64,000 nt of DNA from Chiloscyllium plagiosum (Eukaryota), in contig NC_057733.1 of the NCBI RefSeq assembly GCF_004010195.1, positions 25,214,812 to 25,278,811 on the forward strand. Reading direction: 5' to 3'. A program made the translations under genes and the position numbers. Shown piece by piece: positions 13,717-26,509 of this stretch. The notes under the pieces are model-generated. The model was not told the origin of the DNA and did not search any database. It was given only the letters and a program-made list of their open reading frames with translations. Position 1 is the first letter of the stretch, and every line of letters starts with the position of its first letter.

Positions 13717-14035
13717 GGCTGGCACGGTGGCACAGTGGTTAGCACTGCTGCCTCACAGCGCCAGAGACCCGGGTTCAATTCCCGCCTCAGGCAACTGTCT
13801 GTGTGGAGTTTGCACATTCTCCCTGTGTCTGCGTGGGATTCCTCCAGGTGCTCCGGTTTCCTCCCCTAGTCCAAAAATGTGCAGGTTAGGTGAATTGGCC
13901 GTGCTAAACTGCCCATAGTGCTAGGTGCAGGGGTAAATGTAAGGGAATGGGTATGGGTGGGTTGCTCTTCAGAGGGTTGGTGTGGACTTGTTGGGCCGAA
14001 GGGCCTGTTTCCACACTGTAAGAAATCTAAATCTA
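13717..14035 (+). mobile_element. HE1-type tRNA-derived SINE
   Basis: A box TGGCACAGTGG, B box GGTTCAATTCC, V-SINE body, CR1-like tail. Confidence 0.92.
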
Positions 14036-14049
14036 TATACAAACACTCC

Positions 14050-15850
14050 TATTAGGAGCAGGAGTGGTCCACTCAGATGCTTGAGATTGCTCCATTACCA
14101 ATAAGGTCTGCAACCCTGCCTATCACTGATAACTTTCCACCTCTTTGCTTAACAAGAATCTGTTGAACTCTGCCTTAAAAATATGCAAGGATTTTGCTTC
14201 CACCACTTTTTTTGCAAAGTGAGCTCCGAAGACTCACAACCTTCTGAAAAAAACCATCATGTCTTTGTTTTAATTGAGTGGCATCCTGACCTTGAAAAAG
14301 AGATCCCAAGTTCTATTTTTTTTTCCAGAAGAGCTAACATCCATATCTAAAGTGTCAAAACCTCTCAAATACTTCATGTTTAAATCAAGTTACTGAATTC
14401 CAGTGGATACAAGCCTAGGCTGTCCAACCTTTCCTTATAAGACCACTTGCTTTGTGTCACCAATAAATTTGGCAACCATACCTTCTGTCTCTTCATCTAA
14501 ATCATTTAGTTAAATTGTAAACATTTGAAGTCCTAGCACTGATCACTGTGAAATAACATTCATTATGTCTTATCAACCTGAAAAAGAATCATTTATGCCC
14601 ACTCTCTGCTTTCTGATAGCCAAACAATCTACTATTCATGTCAGTAAGCCAGTGTCAGTTTTCATTTTCCACAATACTCTTTGATATGGTATCTTATCAA
14701 ATCCCTTCTAGGATTTTAAATACAGTGCATCCATCAGTTCCCCTTTATCCACTACACATGTTACCTCCTTTGAGAACTCCAGAGGATTGGTTTTCACAAA
14801 ACAATGTTCACATTTGATTAACCTTAACTTGTACAAATGCCATGCACTGATTTCTTTAATAATAACTTCTAATATTTACCTTGTTTAAAATCTAACTGGT
14901 CTGCAGTTTCTTACTTTCTGTTTCTCTCCTTTTTTGAATAAGGGACTTATATTAACTATTCCTATCTAATGGGACTGTCCGAGAATCAAGGGAATTTTGG
15001 AAAATTAAAACTAACTTGTCAGTGATCACTCTAGCAACTCTTTATCAGACCAAGGATGAAGTGCATCTGCCCCAGGCACTTGTCAGCTCAGAGCTCCAAC
15101 AACTTATTCAGAATGGCTTCTCTGGTGATTGAGATTTTCTGGAATTCCTCCCTTTCTCCATTTCCTGATTAATCACTGCTTCTGAGATCTGACTTGTATC
15201 CTCTTCAGTAAGGACTGATGCAAATTACCCATTCGATTCATCTGCCATATCTTTATTTTTCATTAAAAATTCTTCAGTCTCACTTTCTATTTGAACAATG
15301 CTGACTCTGTTAACTCTTGTTAAATATTTTCTTTACATACGTACCGAAACTCTTATTCTTTGTTTGCATATTTATGGCTAGCTTTCTTTCATCATCTAAT
15401 TTATCCCACTTTAATATTCTTTTTTCATTCTTTGATTTTCTTTGTACTTTGTCCAACCTTCTGACCTATAAATTATCTTTACACAATTATATGCTTTCTC
15501 TTTCAATCTGATATTACCTTTAACATTTCTGATTAATCACTGATGGTGAGTTCAGCCCTTGAATTTTTGTTTACTCATTGGAATTTATTTATTCTGTGTA
15601 TCCTAAAATATCCTCTTAAATGTCTACCAGTATTGATTTGTCCTTTAACCTGATTTGCCAATTCACTTTAGCTGTCTGTCCTTTCATGCCCCATAATTGT
15701 AAGTTTTTTTAAACAATAAAAATTGTACCCACTCCACTTTTCCTCAAATCAAATATAAAATGTCATATTATAATTGTGGCTACCTGAGGACATATTTGCT
15801 ATCAGACTATTAATCAATCCTATCTCATTGCACAAAGCCAGAAAATGCTG
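14050..15850 (-). mobile_element. Old degenerate CR1 LINE
   Basis: Decayed similarity to the other CR1 copies along its length; boundaries approximate. Confidence 0.65.
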
Positions 15851-16251
15851 TTATAGAATCGCAGAACTCTTCAAATGCAGAAGGAAGCAAGTGGGCCGAC
15901 TGAGTCTGTTCCACCTGTCCAATAGGTATTATGACTTAGTGCCTTTCTCCTGCCTTTTTCTTTATACATTATCTTTATTTAAATAATTATCCACTGTCCC
16001 CTTGAATGTCTCAATTAACTTGCCTCTATCACATTTCCTTGCCATGCCTTCAATATCTGAACTACTCATGTGAAGAAGTTTAATTTATCATTAAATATGC
16101 CTTTCAAACTTGATCTTTTTCACAACCGTTCACAGTTTCTCTCTATCAACTCTATCCAGCCCCCTCATGATTTTGACAATTTCTATCTGGTCTCCTCTTA
16201 ACTTTCTACTGTTCAAGGAGAACAGTGCCAACCTCTGTTGGTGGAACTGCT

Positions 16252-16570
16252 GACACGGTGGCACAGTGGTTAGCACTGCTGCCTCACAGCGCCAGAGACC
16301 CGGGTTCAATTCCTGACTCAGGCGACTGACTGTGTGGAGTTTGCACGTTCTCCCCGTGTCTGCGTGGGTTTCCTCCGGGTGCTCCGGTTTCCTCCCACTG
16401 TCCAAAGATGTGCAGGTCAGGTGAATTGGCCATGCTAAATTGCCCGTAGTGTTAGGTAAGGGGTAAATGTAGGGTGGGTTGCGCTTCGGCGGGGCAGTGT
16501 GGACTTGTTGGGCCGAAGGGCCTGTTTCCACACAGTAAGAAATCTAATCTCTGTAATCTCTGTAATCTAT
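16252..16570 (+). mobile_element. HE1-type SINE nested in an old CR1 fragment
   Basis: A/B boxes, V-domain body, (AATCT)-type tail. Confidence 0.92.
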
Positions 16571-16744
16571 CACTGTTGCTGAAGTTTCGCATCTCTCGAA
16601 CTATTTTTGTAGTTCACTTCTGTACTCTCCAATGTGTTCACATCATTCCTAATATCCTAGATCCAGAACATTAGTTGAGGTCTAGTTGAGGTCCAGTTGA
16701 GGTCTAACAAGTTCAGCATCACCTCCATTCTCTTGTACTACAAA

Positions 16745-17205
16745 TAAGGACATGCAAGTTCTGGGCCTCCTCCATTAATAAGGACATGCAAGCCCTGTGC
16801 CACTGCCAAATCCAAGCCACTCGACAACTGAAGGAAGAATGCCTCATCTGCTGCCTTGGGACCCTTCAACCATATGGCATCAACATCAACTTCACCAAAT
16901 TCCACATCGCCCTTCCCCCCACCTCATTTCAAATGCAACCCTCCAACTTGGCACTGTCCTCTTGAACTGTCCTGCATATCCATCTTCCTTCCCAACTATC
17001 CGCTCCACACTCCCCACCGACCTACACAATTGCCCCCCACCTGAACTCACCTATCACCTTCCCAGCTACCTTCCACTCTCCCACCCCCATCCCCTATTTC
17101 TCTCTCAACCCCCTTCCCCCTCCACATTCCTGATGAAAGGCTTATGCCTGAAACATTGACTCTCCTGCTCCTCGGAAGCTGCCTGACCTGCTGCCACACT
17201 TTTTG
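16745..17205 (+). mobile_element. Penelope-like 3' fragment (GIY-YIG end plus decayed hammerhead)
   Basis: KDMQVLGLLH...LGTLQPYG coding remnant; CTGATGAAAGGCTTATGCCTGAAAC at 17130. Confidence 0.75.
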
Positions 17206-18245
17206 ATCCCTATTAATAAAGCTGAGGATACTGTATGTTTTACATACTGCTGTCCCTACCTGTCCTGTACCTTTGAAGATCTGTACCAATATCCATTTAG
17301 GTCATGCTGCTCCTGCACCCCCTTTAGAAATGCGTCTCTTATTTTAGCTGTCCATGTTCTTCCCGCCAAAATACATTGCCCCACTCTTCTCTGCATTGAA
17401 CTTTATCTTCCACCTGTCTGCTACTTCACCAATTTGTCTATGCCCTTTTGAAGTTCAACACTGATCTCCTCACAGTTTATAATTCTTCCATGTTTTGTAT
17501 TATCACAAACTTTGAAATTGTCCCTTGCACATTAAGATCTAGATATATATTAGGAAAAGAAATATTCCGATATTAACTATTGCGGAACCTCTAATACAAA
17601 TCTTCTTCCAGTGTGAAAAACATCCATTGACCATTATTCCCAGATTCTGATCACTCAACCAGTTTTGCATTCCCACTGCTACCAACCCTTTTATTCCATG
17701 AGCTACACCTTTTCTCACAAGTTTGTTGTGTGGTACATTATCAAATGTCTTTAGAAAGTGTTTGTATATGCCACATCAGCAGCATTACCCTCATTGACCC
17801 TTTCTATTACTTCCTTTAAAAACCCCCGCATGTGACTTAAACAACAAGTTCTCTAGAAGTTTATATCGGCCTTTCCTAATCAGCCCACGTTTTTCAGGTG
17901 ACTTCCAATTCTATTCTGAATAATTCTTTCGAGACACTTCCTCACTACTGAAGTTAAACTGGTCTATTTTTGTGGGTTTATCTTAATTTTTTTTTAGCAA
18001 AGTCATGATGTTTGCAATTCTCCAATTTCCTGGCACCACCCCAAGACCTGGAAGACTGAATGATTACGGTCAGTGCCCCTGCAATTTCCATTCTCACCTC
18101 CTTTGTAACCTTGCATATTATCTTAGGAAACCATTCCGAACATATTCTATGAACATCTTATCCAGGCTACTTTTGTCCATTTGAGTTTTCCATTCTCTCT
18201 GTAGATTAAATCTCCCATGGTTATCACAGTGCCCTTTTGACAAGC

Positions 18246-18462
18246 AAAAAGGAGAAAGTGAGGACTGCAGATGCTGGAGATCAGAGCTGAAAAATGTGTT
18301 GCTGGAAAAGCGCAGCAGGTCAGGCAGCATCCAAGGAGCAGGAGAATCGACGTTTCGGGCATAAGCCCTTCTTCAGGAAGGCTAATGCCCGAAACGTCGA
18401 TTCTCCTGCTCCTTGGATGCTGCCTGACCTGCTGCGCTTTTCCAGCAACACATTTTTCAGCA
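18246..18462. mobile_element. Penelope-derived fold-back element with perfect 77-bp inverted repeat
   Basis: Arms 18286-18362 and 18385-18461; near-perfect 13-bp TSD CCTT(T/C)TGACAAGC; hammerhead core on the minus strand at 18349-18377. Confidence 0.85.
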
Positions 18463-20589
18463 CCTTCTGACAAGCGCTCATTATTTCTTGTTTTATCCTC
18501 TCCCTCATAAATGTGGTTGCTGATGGATATTTAGATTTAGATTTAGACTTTATTGTTACATGCACTCAAGTACAGGAGCACAGTGAAAAGGTTTCAATGT
18601 GGCCACACACTGTGCCATCTTAGTACAAAAACCAAGGTAGAAAGAAATAAGGAACAAAGTTAAAAGTTAAACGTAACAGTCACCCTTATTATTGAAAAAA
18701 GTAAAATTTAAGTTAAACATTGCAGTCCTTCTTAGTATTAAATTGAAAAATAAATAAATAAAGCTAAGAATGCAACCATTGTAAGGGATCTGTATACCAC
18801 TTCCACAAGATTTTTGCCTTTTTAATTTCTCATTTCTACCCAAACTGTTTCCACATCACGTAGAGCACTATTTAACATTGCTTGTTTCTTCAAGGCAGAC
18901 AGCTGGAAAAAAATGTTAAAACTAATCTAAAGTAAGGAAATTCCAAGGTACTAGCTTCTCTGATGATTGAAGGCAGATAGTAAATGTTATAACAAATCAG
19001 CATCTCTTTAAATTAATAGCTATAACTTTTAATTGAGATATTATTATTGGCTGCAGAAGGTAATATAGCAATGAGCAAGTACAGCAAGGGAATAAACTCC
19101 TGAGTTTTAAGTGAATGCATTTCATTGAGATGGAACACAAAACATAGTGCTTTGGTATAAATATATATTCTGTATTTAGTGTGGAACTTCCCAATATGTT
19201 ACTGGCTGGAGAAAGTTGGGTAATGTTCAAGTCCCAGGCATTAACAGCTTTCACCATGAGCAGCACAAAAAATTCAAACTCCACTTTCCCTAACTGATTC
19301 AGAAATCCCCTTGGTAGAGATTTTGTTTATAAAGCCAAGTACATGCCAAAATGAATTATTTTTCATGCGCACTAATTTCATTTTCATTGGATCTACACCA
19401 CCCAGCCTGATTTTTGTTTTTCTGTAGTTGGAACCAGTGTCAGTTAATAGTGTCAGAAAAATGATTACCATTATATAGATTTATTAATAAAAGCATTAAT
19501 CACTGTCATTTTGTAAATGTGATGCTTTTTAAAAAATGTATGGAATCATTTTCTGTACTCCTGAAGCTCTTAAGAAAGTTGCTTAGATCACTGTCCTAAA
19601 TTTCTGAGCGATTCAATATGGCAAGAAACTCAACTCCCTCAAATCCGGTGACTTAAGTCTCGGACTAAGCGAGATTAGAAACTCAACAATATGGCCAAGG
19701 TGATGGAAGGCTCAATGGCTCTTGATCTGATGTGAGCATGTATAGAGCAGACTGCTCAGAGTGGACATTAATGGCTAGTGATGTCAATGGAGAAAAGAAC
19801 AGGGTCCCAGCTTGGAGCTAGAGCTATTTTAAAGAGGTGTCTATTACAATGCAGAGTAGAGCCAGAAGCTCTCAGCTGCTAAGATGGAGTTTGAGATCAG
19901 TTAACGTCATTATTAACTTAAAACTGCATTTGATTGCCATGTGACATGCAGGTTACAGGAAATTACACAGTCAGTTTTTAAAATTATATTTGCAATCTCT
20001 CAGCAATAGTGAACCCAGCATCTAATGGGATACTAATTTGTTACTAAGCAATACTTCGTCCCCTGACAAAGCACAACATGAATCAAACTGAACCAATACC
20101 AACATCAAAATGTCTTTCTTCTCTGCTTATTAAAATATGGAGTATCTGTTGCATAAGTTAGACTACAAGAATTTTTCTATATTTAAGACCTTAGTAAATT
20201 AGTAAATAATTTCTGCTTCTTATTAGCAGATTCAGACAACAAGCTCTTGTCCTGACTCAGCATGTTTGGCTGCCAGGTGGACATGCTGCTAACATTCAAT
20301 AACTTCCTGTCATTTGTTTTCCTGTTTCCTGTGTCTGAATACTTCTTGTTGATTGAATGCCACTTATGACAATGTGGCCAACAGCAACATCTAGTCATAT
20401 GGCAGAAATTCCAAAATGGAATTAGTTGTAGTCAGCACTTAATGCAATTAACTCAGGGCATTTAAACTCACAATTTAATATAATTTGCTCCATTCTGATC
20501 TCAATGACTGGTGTTTGAATTAAAGCTTTAGGAGTGCATGATATAAATTCGGTAATCAAAAGATCTCAATCATGCATGTCTGATTTCAG

Positions 20590-20741
20590 GATTGGAGTGT
20601 CCCAACAATGAAACATTCTCTCAGTCAAAGGAAGAAAAGATCAGAACAATTTTTGGTATTCATTTATCTCTGGGATTAATCATAGTCCTTTTAATACTTT
20701 TGGCACTTCTGGTGGCGTTTTCATCAAGCAAATTCGTCAAG
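20590..20741 (+). CDS. Gene A exon: stalk and transmembrane segment
   Basis: TTTCAG acceptor, phase 1 in frame with the IgC exon; RLECPNNETFSQSKEEKIRTIFGIHLSLGLIIVLLILLALLVAFSSSKFVK; donor AAG|GTATTA. Confidence 0.8.
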
Positions 20742-21023
20742 GTATTATATCCATTTTGTTCATGGTAAAAGCAGAATTGTTGCTGCTTAAGATTCTGTTT
20801 TCCTTCACCAATTTTAATTCAATGTTTAAATACATTACGCTAATGTTTGAAAACCAGGGTCGGAATAAGTTACTCTGCTGGCCATTCCAAATTCCCTCTT
20901 GCCCCCAACCAGCCGGTAATTTTTGGGTGGGTTGGGTGTCTCAGTGGGAGGGTGGTTGGTTTGATGGCAGGCAAAACCTAGACCACATCAGGGTTGTTGC
21001 TAGCCTGTCCATAGAGGAGGTTA

Positions 21024-21321
21024 TGATTAGATTAGATTACTTACATTGTGGAAACAGGCCATTTGGCTCAACAAGTCCACACCAACCCTCCAAGGAGCAA
21101 CCCACCCAGACCCATGCCTCTACATTTACCCCTTCACCTAACACTATGGGCAATTTAGCATGGCTAATTCACCTAACCTACACATTTTTGGATTGTGGGA
21201 GGAAACCCACGCAGACACAGGGAAAATGTGCAAACTCCACACAGACATTTGCCTGAGGTGGGAATTGAACCTGGGTCTCTGGCACTGTAAGGCAGCAGTG
21301 CTAGCCACTGTGCCACCGTGC
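21024..21321 (-). mobile_element. HE1-type SINE
   Basis: Reverse complement of the HE1 head and tail. Confidence 0.9.
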
Positions 21322-21689
21322 AACAGGTAAGCCAGCTTGGCTCACAGTGGCAAAAATTGGGCGGAGGATGTAGTTTCCTCACTGGGTCTCATCTCACATT
21401 GAGCACCCACCATCTCCAACCCCACTCAAATTCTGTCATACACATGTGCAGCTGGCCTAAGCAGGAAGGCTGTCTGTCTCTGGATGGTGTGATGGGGAGG
21501 GGGGGGGGTGGAATTGGGAAAGCCCACCATTACATTCTACCAACTGTGCAAAATTGCACTATCCTCCGTACCTGTCAAAGTGGCCTCTCCTCAATGTATG
21601 GGTCAATACAGTAAGGCCCAACCATCATTGACAGTGAAAATTGGGAATGCACAAGAAACTAGAACTGGTGCATTGTAGCATTCCAGAGG

Positions 21690-21990
21690 CTTTAAGGATG
21701 GAAGGGATCACATGGATATGAAGGCTTGAAGATAGGAAAGGATTTGAACATGAACTTAAAACTTTTAACTGAGAATTGTGAGCCAGTGTAAATCAGGGAA
21801 CATATGGGTGATGAGTGGGCAGTATTTGATTTTAGTTGATTCACGGAGGCCAAAATGACTGGACATTTATGGAGGATGGAAGACATGTGGCCAGCTGAGA
21901 AAGCACTGGGATAGTCGAGATTGCAGAAAACTAAAGTGGGTATGAGAATTACTGCAGCAATTGGATTGAGGTAGGGACAGAGACAGGGAG
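21690..21990 (-). mobile_element. L2 LINE fragment
   Basis: ILIPTLVFCNLDYPSAFSAG resembles the L2 ORF2 motif LIHAFVTSRLDY. Confidence 0.6.
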
Positions 21991-22299
21991 CACTGCACAG
22001 TGAATGAAAAGGATATTCCAACTGGAGTCAGTGGTAATAATCAACAAATGGAACCGTGTTTGAATTTCATTTACTTTAGCTGAAAAAGCACTACATTGTA
22101 ACTGCAGTGTCCCCGGTAGCTGGCTGAGATTAATTGATCTAATTTTAACCATTACATTTGATCTTAACTCCTCTCTACTTGACATTGGAATTGTCCACCA
22201 GAGATGTTCACTTTCACCAGAGATGTTCACCAGAGATATTAAAGCTTTCAGGAGCTAAAGGGGACTAATTTTAATTGACAATCTGTTATTTTCCAAGCC

Positions 22300-22640
22300 A
22301 TGTTTGGCACAGTGGTTAGCACTGCTGCCTCACAGCAGGTTTGATTCCAATGTTGAGTCATTGACTGTGTGGAGTTTGCACTCCCTGTGCCTCTGTGGGG
22401 TTCTGTCGAGTGCTTCGGTTTTCTCCCACAGTCAAAAAATGTGCAGGTTAGGTAGATTGGCCATGCCAGAAGAGTTGCCCCATAGGCTCCAGGGTTGTGC
22501 GGGTCAGGTGAATTAAGCCATGGGAGATGCACGGTAATGGGGACAGAGTGAGGGGATGGATCTGGTTGGGATGCTGTCTGGAGGTTTGGTGAGGACTTGG
22601 TGAGCTGAATGGCCTTTTCCCGCACTGTAGATGATTCCAC
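22300..22640 (+). mobile_element. HE1-type SINE (diverged)
   Basis: GGCACAGTGGTTAGCACTGCTGCC head and CR1-like tail. Confidence 0.85.
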
Positions 22641-22786
22641 TACATAAAACTAAAAAAAGTTTTGATAAACACTAATAGAACAGCTAGAGTTTATCTGCTG
22701 TAGACTGTTATTTGATACATAATGTTGTACATGATTGCATAACTATTGCTAACATAAGTTACTTGAATCCTTCATTTTCTCTAAAG

Positions 22787-22855
22787 CATTCATACGAGCG
22801 AAAAGAATCAGCGTCACCTAATTTAATAGATAAGCAACTCTTTCTGGATATATAA
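22787..22855 (+). CDS. Gene A terminal exon: cytoplasmic tail HSYERKESASPNLIDKQLFLDI
   Basis: Pyrimidine tract plus weak AAG acceptor, phase 0 matching the TM exon; AU-rich 3' UTR with AATAAA at 23231-23236. Confidence 0.55.
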   Translation, partial: HSYERKESASPNLIDKQLFLDI

Positions 22856-24806
22856 GCTGAAATAAGAAGGACGGCCTTACCTTTTACGAACAAACTTTAT
22901 TTCCAACGGATAATGCAGACTGAAGACGGCCTGGAATGACATTGATCTTATTAATCAATTTTCTACTAAATGCAATTTCTGTGAAAACATTGTATCAAAT
23001 GATGTTAAAAAAACACTTCGTAGAAATTTACCTGTTTCTAAAAGGTATGCAAGAATAATCATGAAAAATATGAAAATAATTTTCCATATGACCACTGAGA
23101 AAAATTGTTATAATCACAATACAGTTATAACTACATTTAATGAAAACCACTGTCCTTGTTATTTGCATGGTTAGATTTCTTGGAATTGTAGTCGACTTTT
23201 CATGACAAAAATAGTTGTGATGATTCATAAAATAAAACGTTTTGCAATAATCCGACACCATGTTCAGAAGTTTTTAGTTATAAATTCAGATTAAGTACTT
23301 TTCATTCCCAGCAAACTGGAGTGGAAGTTTTTCTGTTAGTGTTTCATTGCAAATGTCAGTGTCCAACGGATATCTTGGAATCTTGGAATTTAATGGTTCT
23401 AAACTTCTGATCTGTGTAGGAATCCCTATTTCTGACCCAGATCAGACAAAATTTTGCCTCACTATAAAAAATATATCTTTCTACTTTTCTGCATTTTTGG
23501 TTGTGAACTGAAGTGATAAAATGGCTGTTTTAAAAACCAAGGATGTGGAAGGGATCATGGCAAATTTTGAAAGGAAGTTACTGAAACACATTCTCAGTGG
23601 TATTTACATTGCTGCTTTGTTTCAGCAGTGGAGGAAGCAGAGAGGCTGGCACCAGGGAATGTGTACACATAAGATTCAGTCAGCAACAAGTAGCTGATTG
23701 GTTCGAGAAGTTCTGACCAGCTCTGGATGATAAAGGCCTTCTGCCAGCCAATGACTCTACTCGTTAAATCTCAAAGCCCCTTATAAAAGTTATCATTGGC
23801 TTCTGGGTAGCCGAACTAGGTTTGGGTATGAACAACATTGCCAGAGATCTTCAGGTCATCTGGAAGAGGAGGTGGTTTGTCTGTCTGCAGGAGAACATAT
23901 TTGAAACCTGAAGAAAGAGAGTTTATTTTCCCTCACCAGTTGCTGTAAACTGTTGCTTTTAACCAGTAAACTTTATAATTTATGAACAGGTCTCTCCATT
24001 CCGTTCACAAAGAAGTGAATAATATCTGATGAAGAAAAATTGAAGAACAGCAAATCCTGCCCAGCAATTGGATCATCTTAATACATCCTGTGGATGCAGG
24101 CTATTGAACACCCCACACCCATGACACCAATTTTTTTTGACTGTCTGTATGTGAATGTTGAGATACTTTTGTAAGGGGGTTCAAGTTTTAACTATTAGAG
24201 TTATATGTCAGCAGTTCATTGTTGCATACCTGTGTCAAGTCTTTTTTTTAAATAAACAGTCATTCATATTAAATATAGAATCCTGGTCCATATTTTCTGT
24301 TTGCCTGGTTCTAGAGAGACAGATAAATGGGAATTTTGCATACTTACTTTGATGAAATGTTTAATTTTTGCAATGTTTTTGGGAATAATGAGGCTGGATT
24401 TCCAGTGTGTTACTCCAGTATGTCATGACATACCAACATCCAGAAGAGTTTTCAGGACAGAATTTGAGACAAGAGCCTTCCCAGCTGAAGCGATGCAGAC
24501 CAGTCCAGTTCAGCAAATCCACACAGGCAGCAGCAGAGTGGATCAGCACTGAATCAGCGCCTTTTTTTTCAGCAGTAATTGCTATATTCTGTGGTTTGAA
24601 GTGCCTAAAGCCAGTTTGACTACTGAGGGAAGGTAAATTTTTACAATAAGCGAGGGGTTTGGGTGTTGGTGTGTAACTGTGAGTGGTGCAGCTGGCATGT
24701 GGTTAGAGGAATAATATTATAGGTTGTGGGTACTACCAGTACCAGATGGGTAGGAGTAGGGTCTGAGATGGCTGAGGCATGCAGTGCAGTGGTGGGTGGT
24801 TTTTTT

Positions 24807-25130
24807 AGATTAGATTCCCTACAGTATGGAAACAGGCCCTTTGGCCCAACAAGTCCACACCGACCCTCCAAAGCGTAATGTACCCAGACCCATTCCCCTA
24901 TATTTACCTCTGACTAAAGCACCTAACACTATGGGCAATATAGCATGGCCAATTGACCTGACCTGCACATCTTTGGATTGTGGAAGGAAACCGGAGCACC
25001 CAGTGGAAACCCACGCAGACACGGGGAGAACATGCAAACTCCACACAGTCAGTTGCCCAAGGCAGGTATCGAATCCAGGGTCCCTGGCGTTATGAGGCAG
25101 CAGTGCTGACCACTGAGCCGCCCTGCCACC
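24807..25130 (-). mobile_element. HE1-type SINE
   Basis: Reverse complement of the HE1 head and tail. Confidence 0.92.
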
Positions 25131-25842
25131 CATGTTGGGTGGTTGTGATCTGAGAGGTGGATGTTGGAGGAATCTATTGGGTTTGGGGGGAAGTCAGGGT
25201 TCAAGTTAGGATTGGGGGTTTCAATATCCATGTGAGTCATCAGGAATTGGAATCGTATTGACGTGTAGAGTTCAGATCCAGGTGGTGTCAGGTGTTAGTT
25301 TGTGGGTGTTGATGGACCCAGGAGGATGGGTCAGGTATCTGGGGACAGTTGGTGGAGATACAATCTGGCAGTGTCAGTGGTGAGCTGGATGTGTCAGTTT
25401 TAACATTAGCTGGGAGTGAGAGCCACATTTATTCTGGCTAACAATTATTCCTCCAAAGTCACTGACTCTAACTCTGATTCCAGAAGATGGGTAATTGATA
25501 TCTGAAATTTCTACTCCTGGGTAACTTCCACAAATTCAACTACACCTATTGGAAGATTTGGACCACAATGACAATTTTGGAGTGAGCAATGACTGAAATT
25601 TTATCCCGTCATCATGCATACAATTGGAAGCTTCACTGGAACAGGTTTGGCATTTTGCCCAGGTTATTGATATAAATATTGAGAAGCTGAAGCTTTGCTT
25701 TATATTCCTGGAGTAAATGGCTAGTTATGTCTCACCAAACATAAAGTATCCTCTGCAACTATAGTTTATCAACAATCCCCTGACTATTATTAAAATGTTG
25801 CATCTAAGTTTTCACTCTTCCAACTTTGCTGATACTTCTGCA

Positions 25843-26075
25843 GAAGACAAAGTGAGGACTGCAGATGCTGGAGATCAGAGTCGAGAGTGTGGTGCTGGAA
25901 AAGCACAGCAGGTCCAGCAGCATCAGAGGAGCAGGAGAATCGACATTTCGGGCATAAGTTCTTCATCAGGAATGAGGCTCATTCCCAATGAAGGGCTCAT
26001 ATCCAAAACGTCGATTCTCCTGCACATTGGATGCAGCCTGACCTGCTGTGCTTTTCCAGCACCATACTCCCAGAT
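25843..26075. mobile_element. Penelope-derived fold-back element
   Basis: Inverted arms, decayed hammerhead cores, 14-bp TSD CTGATACTTCTGCA at 25829-25842 and 26076-26089. Confidence 0.82.
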
Positions 26076-26509
26076 CTGATACTTCTGCATGTAACCATCA
26101 ACTATTTTCTAGAAGTCCATGTAGACAATATTAATGGAAACTTCTCTATCTGTTATGGCAATGACTTCCTTGAAATGTTTGACTAGATTAGTCAGATATA
26201 ATCTATCCTCCATTATCCACAATGACTCAAGGGATACATCTTGAAGTGTTCAGCCACTGTCTCTAATGACAATGACAAGTTTGCAATGTTTCCTGTTAAA
26301 CTGATAGCTTCCAATTTTTCTTTACTTTAACGTCAATTGTTTCTAAAACAATGGGATAAAACATGCTGCTTTCCAATCCATCCAGCAACTCTTGAACATA
26401 GACAGCTTGGGAAAATTATGATGGAGACATTTGATTTTCTTCCTTGCCCATTTAATTTACATTATTCATAGGTGGGCTAGCCCAGATTTCTGTTTGGTCC
26501 CTATAAAAC

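Noticed and set aside
13717-14035. tRNA gene calls for A/B-box sequences
   Set aside because: They are SINE heads followed by SINE bodies and LINE-like tails
22197-22242. Short direct repeats CCAGAGATGTTCAC, also TAGTTGAGGTC at 16671-16704
   Set aside because: Simple slippage duplications with no spacer structure; not CRISPR
23410-24430. Possible additional LTR-like repeat, also 28430-28930
   Set aside because: Termini and TSD could not be defined
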